The notes under the pieces are model-generated. The model saw nothing but the letters and a program-made list of their open reading frames with translations. It had not been told where the DNA came from and searched no databases. The position numbers and the translations under genes are program-made. Positions 60,184 through 64,000 of a stretch of 64,000 nt of DNA are shown piece after piece (position 1 is the first letter of the stretch; each line of letters begins with the position of its first letter). This DNA comes from Sedimentisphaerales bacterium (GTDB lineage: Bacteria > Planctomycetota > Phycisphaerae > Sedimentisphaerales > Anaerobacaceae), in the NCBI GenBank assembly GCA_040772485.1, contig JAXGYC010000007.1, positions 64,001-128,000 on the forward strand. Direction: 5' to 3'.

Positions 60184-61623
60184 TCAGTTGGGGCAGACCT
60201 TACGATGCCCTGCAGTAGGAGAATGGCACTTCTGGATTACTCTCGGTTGCTTTCCTCGTGCCGTCTTGACCAGTTCGGTCCGCACCTCCAGATCCAGCAC
60301 GACCTGGCACTGAAGCCGCTTGTTCATATTCGTGACGATCCGTCGTTTCTCCTCCGCATCGAGCGCGATGGTGGGAACGACGCACAATGTCGCTGTGCCA
60401 GGTGAGGACTGGTGGAACTGGTATTCCCGCACATGTCTGAACGTATCATCATGGACGTTGAGGGCGGTCATGCTGACGACCGAACCATCCGCCGCGATCA
60501 GCCCCCCTTGCGGCCACCTCCCCTTGATGTCTCGGAGCACCGTATGTTGGCGACCGCATGCCTCACATCGCTCCCCCACGTAAGTGGCATGGTCGCCGGT
60601 ACAGTAACGAATGAACGGCATGACCGTGTTGATGAACCCGGTGCCGACGATTTCTCCCTCCTGGCCCGCTGTGGCAATGGGTGTCCCCTGTTCGTCCAAC
60701 AACTCGAAATAGCCGTACGTGGGCCAAACGTGATAGTCGCTGGAATGTTCACATTGAGTTGCCAGTACACATTTCTCGGAGTGCCCGTAGGAGGAGAAAG
60801 TCCGTACACCGAGCACACGCTCGATAGTGTCAACCTGATCGGGGTAGAGATTCTCAGACTCGAGGATCACGACCTGGACATTCGAAGGGGCGGCCTGCGC
60901 GTTCGCGCCAATGTACCTTGCGAAGGCATAGGCGCTCGATGGATAGGCGTGAAACCCGCATTTGCCAATGGTGTGAATATGCCTCAGATACCGGCCCATG
61001 TCCTCATCCGACATGTGAAAGGCGCTGTAATAGTGGTGTCGGAGAATCGGATCATACTCGTAGTGCAAGCCGTTCCGGTCCGGCTTTACCATCCGACCCC
61101 GCAGCACAGCCATCGGCATGCCTAGCCGATAGCCGGCACGTTCCCAACTCGTCGTCAAATAGGCGTATTCTGCCGAGGATCGGTCGGCATTGATGTAGAA
61201 CTCCAGCGGTTTGCCGCTCGTGCCGCCTGTCGATATGTAGTCGACATCTGGCGCATCCACGCTTCGCGTGCACATGTCCGTCAGATTCTCGGCGACCATG
61301 GACTTGTCGATGGTGGGCAATTTCGCCATATCTTCAAGAGATCGGAGGTCCTGCGGACGGAAACCGATACGATCAAACGTCCGGCGGTAGAACTCGGTCT
61401 TCTCGTAGGCCAGCGTGAGGATCTCGCGCAGGCGATCCAACTGATACTGCCGGATGCGATCCGCAGACCACCACTGGGCCTCTCGTGCAAAAGCACGCTG
61501 CCGGCGGAACTTCCGGCCCAAGAGCCAAGGCAAAGGCACAAATCCGAGCCCTTTGCCGAGAATCGTCCTCGCCCAAGCCGGTGTCTTGTCCCATAGGTTC
61601 TTCTTGGACCGAGCATTCTTCAT
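60184..61623 (-). CDS. Phenylacetate-CoA ligase-like / CapK family adenylate-forming enzyme
   Basis: STGGTSGKP, AYPSS, YGHSE, MPFIRYCTGD. Confidence 0.88.
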   Translation of the reverse strand: MKNARSKKNLWDKTPAWARTILGKGLGFVPLPWLLGRKFRRQRAFAREAQWWSADRIRQYQLDRLREILTLAYEKTEFYRRTFDRIGFRPQDLRSLEDMAKLPTIDKSMVAENLTDMCTRSVDAPDVDYISTGGTSGKPLEFYINADRSSAEYAYLTTSWERAGYRLGMPMAVLRGRMVKPDRNGLHYEYDPILRHHYYSAFHMSDEDMGRYLRHIHTIGKCGFHAYPSSAYAFARYIGANAQAAPSNVQVVILESENLYPDQVDTIERVLGVRTFSSYGHSEKCVLATQCEHSSDYHVWPTYGYFELLDEQGTPIATAGQEGEIVGTGFINTVMPFIRYCTGDHATYVGERCEACGRQHTVLRDIKGRWPQGGLIAADGSVVSMTALNVHDDTFRHVREYQFHQSSPGTATLCVVPTIALDAEEKRRIVTNMNKRLQCQVVLDLEVRTELVKTARGKQPRVIQKCHSPTAGHRKVCPN

Positions 61624-61666
61624 AGCACGTGATCTCCCGACGCACTCTTCCGGCCGGCGTTGGTCT

Positions 61667-63175
61667 TCAGCGGCAATTCGCTGGCATCTCGGCGGCGGGG
61701 TCTGCCATTTCTACGCGGCCACGCCAGCCAAAATGGGGTTTGAAGGACAACAGGCTTCCATCCCATTGGCTCAGAAGGCCGTCGTACTGGGTCTCGGAGG
61801 ATCGACACAGGACCTCATCGTAGCCAAACTGCGCCAGCCGCAACGAGTGCTCGTTGCCCATCGCTTCACGCACCATGGGAAGACGCTGATAGTCGAATCC
61901 CATCAGTCTCGCACAGGCCAGTTCGACGGCAACCGGATTGTGCCCGGCCACCACTAAACCGGCGGCTTTGGCGGTGGGATCGAGAGGACCGTTGCCCTCG
62001 CCAGCAACGATGCCATCGACGATGCAGAACACACGTCTGGTGGGGCGATCCTGAATACTGCCTTTGCTGTCCGAGTACAGCAGAATCCGGTTCAGATCGA
62101 GCGCCATCCGCCAGGCGGTGTCGTTGCCGTGCCAGTTCCCGGAACGAATGGTGTCTTTGTTCGTGTCGCCGAAGACACGCTTGCCCGCCGCTTTGATCGG
62201 TCCGGCGACCATGGTCCGCAGGGGGCCAAAGAAGGGAAACACTCGGCGGAAGCATTCCATGCTCCGCCGCTCAATTCGATGCATCATCCCATCATCGGCA
62301 TACTGATCGCCTCCCTGGGAGGGGGTGCCCTCGCGATGGTGCGGCAACCAGTTCTTGTTGCCGTTGATTCCCACGAGGTTCTTCAGACAAACCGTAATGC
62401 CTGTCTTCTTGTGCGTCTTGAGCTTGGGCAGATTAATGATGCAGTCGGCATCCAGGATCGTCCTGGAGATCATGTACTCGTGCACGCCGCCGGTGTGGTG
62501 ACTGCGAATCTCGCGGGTGTCATACTCCGAGCCGTAGAGCAGATGGCATAGATGCTCGATCTCTGCGAACATGGAGTGTGAGCCAAGATTGACTTTCACG
62601 TAGCCGGCCGGATCGCCAGGCAACGGTTCGTGTCCAACGATCACACCGTCGATCTTCTTTGCTTTCTCCGGCCGCAGATCGTATACCTCCACCTCGAAGC
62701 CGGCGTATTGTCGATAGAACTCCTGGATCGTGTCGAGTCCGACGATTCGCCGGATCGCGTCGAAGTCCGCATCATTCTGCGGGGCATCGGCAATGATGAT
62801 CCGGCCCTGCCCCTTCAGGGCGATATAGACATAATCCATGGCGGCTCGAATGATCGAGCCATGAGTGATCAGACAGTGATCGTGGCCCTCGTGTGTCTCG
62901 CGAAACTCGCGAACAAAGTTCGGCTTCAATACCACCGTCTGACCGGGTTGGATGATCCCACCCAGTGGATTCCAGTCACTGTGTCCGTAGTGCTCTGCAT
63001 CGAGACCCAGCAACCGCAACGCTTCGCGAAGCCCGTCATATGCGTCATTTGTCTCATTCGCTAAGCCGGCAGCCTTGAATGAATACTCAGGGTACCTCTC
63101 TCTCGGCAAATATGGAGTCCACTGTGGGTAGTTCTCAGCCCCGGCGGCAATTGAAACCGTCTGGTAATCTATCAT
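61667..63175 (-). CDS. DUF362 domain protein
   Basis: VVLKPNFV, INLPKLKTHKKTGITVCLKNLVG, IVDGIVAGEGNGP; ATGA overlap at 63172-63175. Confidence 0.9.
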   Translation of the reverse strand: MIDYQTVSIAAGAENYPQWTPYLPRERYPEYSFKAAGLANETNDAYDGLREALRLLGLDAEHYGHSDWNPLGGIIQPGQTVVLKPNFVREFRETHEGHDHCLITHGSIIRAAMDYVYIALKGQGRIIIADAPQNDADFDAIRRIVGLDTIQEFYRQYAGFEVEVYDLRPEKAKKIDGVIVGHEPLPGDPAGYVKVNLGSHSMFAEIEHLCHLLYGSEYDTREIRSHHTGGVHEYMISRTILDADCIINLPKLKTHKKTGITVCLKNLVGINGNKNWLPHHREGTPSQGGDQYADDGMMHRIERRSMECFRRVFPFFGPLRTMVAGPIKAAGKRVFGDTNKDTIRSGNWHGNDTAWRMALDLNRILLYSDSKGSIQDRPTRRVFCIVDGIVAGEGNGPLDPTAKAAGLVVAGHNPVAVELACARLMGFDYQRLPMVREAMGNEHSLRLAQFGYDEVLCRSSETQYDGLLSQWDGSLLSFKPHFGWRGRVEMADPAAEMPANCR

Positions 63176-64000
63176 ATCGACCATGACGGCAAAGCCTCAT
63201 TGTCGGTGCGCGATTGTTCCATGATGATCTTTCGCAAACAGTGTCGCCACTTATTGGAAACCGCCTCGACACCGCTGTACTCCGTGGCCACCTTCATCGC
63301 TGCCAAAGAGCACTTTCGCCATGCCGCCTCATCACTGAGGATCTGGACGATACGATCCCGAAATCCTTCGATATCGCCTTCGTCCATTACAAAGCCGGTG
63401 ATGCCGTCCTGCACCAGATCACGAAGATCGCCCACATCGGAGACAACAGGAACGGCTCCATTGGCCATCGCTTCGATCATGGCGATCGAGAGGCCCTCCG
63501 ATCTCGACGTGAGCACGTAAACCTTCGACCGGCACACTAACTCTGAGACGTCTTCTCTCGTGCCCAGGAACGTAACGCGGTCTTCCACTCCCATCGTTCG
63601 AGCCTGCCGCCGTGCGGCCGTCATCTCCGGGCCGTCCCCAATTACCATCGCCGTGAGCCGGGGAATCTGTTCGGCGACGCCCGCAACAATCGAAATGAAA
63701 CGGTCCGGTCTCTTGCATTCCGTGAGTCGGCCAACGAACATCAGATCGCAGTCGCGCTCGTCACGACTGTGCCATCTTCCCGGCGTCTGGACACTCCCCG
63801 TGACAATTGCCAGGTTCTTGCGGTAGCCGATTTCGCGGAGAAATGCCGCCGCCTTTGTGCCGCGCACAACGACCAAGTCAAACTGCCTAACCACTCTGCG
63901 TACAAGACCTTCGATCAGAGGCGAATGGCCTCCAAGCCCGGCCAGGACTCGATTCTCCGCGCACCAGCCTCCCCCTAGAAGTTCCGTGGGTCCCGACGTG
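63172..64000 (-). CDS. GT4 family glycosyltransferase, 5' end outside the window
   Basis: FVGRL..CKR, SRSEGLSIAMIEAMANG, SDVGD; frame open to the window edge. Confidence 0.93.
   Translation of the reverse strand, partial: TSGPTELLGGGWCAENRVLAGLGGHSPLIEGLVRRVVRQFDLVVVRGTKAAAFLREIGYRKNLAIVTGSVQTPGRWHSRDERDCDLMFVGRLTECKRPDRFISIVAGVAEQIPRLTAMVIGDGPEMTAARRQARTMGVEDRVTFLGTREDVSELVCRSKVYVLTSRSEGLSIAMIEAMANGAVPVVSDVGDLRDLVQDGITGFVMDEGDIEGFRDRIVQILSDEAAWRKCSLAAMKVATEYSGVEAVSNKWRHCLRKIIMEQSRTDNEALPSWSI

Overview
GC-rich bacterial DNA whose gene content (DUF1080 hydrolases, PQQ-like propellers, VPxPG-type PEP-CTERM proteins, MATEAQ..NAQKSTGP protein) points to Planctomycetota, probably Phycisphaerae (inference). 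1-10 kb is a rearranged patch: NodI/J-like ABC exporter, two related addiction-module/ParE toxin-antitoxin copies (one chimeric, one with a dead toxin), M23-PKD protein, double aspartyl protease, RHS and IS110 remnants, two tandem-DUF1080 genes. 10-13.5 kb holds an i-type-lysozyme-like gene, an orphan ParA and two CBS proteins. 13.8-26.7 kb is a four-gene operon: TPR/helical protein, large vWA surface protein, tubulin/FtsZ-like GTPase and a degenerate, membrane-embedded tubulin-like paralog. 26.7-41.5 kb has ugd, carbohydrate-active hypotheticals, decayed NRPS-accessory pseudogenes, YdcF and an AbiE type IV TA pair. 41.5-64 kb is an exosortase/PEP-CTERM plus exopolysaccharide locus. It contains a signal-peptide/TM protein ending in the RAPP ribosome-arrest motif, placed as leader of three PEP-CTERM genes, and a split surface-protein gene with an odd G/T-ending codon patch. 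Best candidates for new systems: the tubulin-like operon and the RAPP leader. No rRNA, tRNA or CRISPR array seen. All calls come from reading motifs by eye, without database searches.
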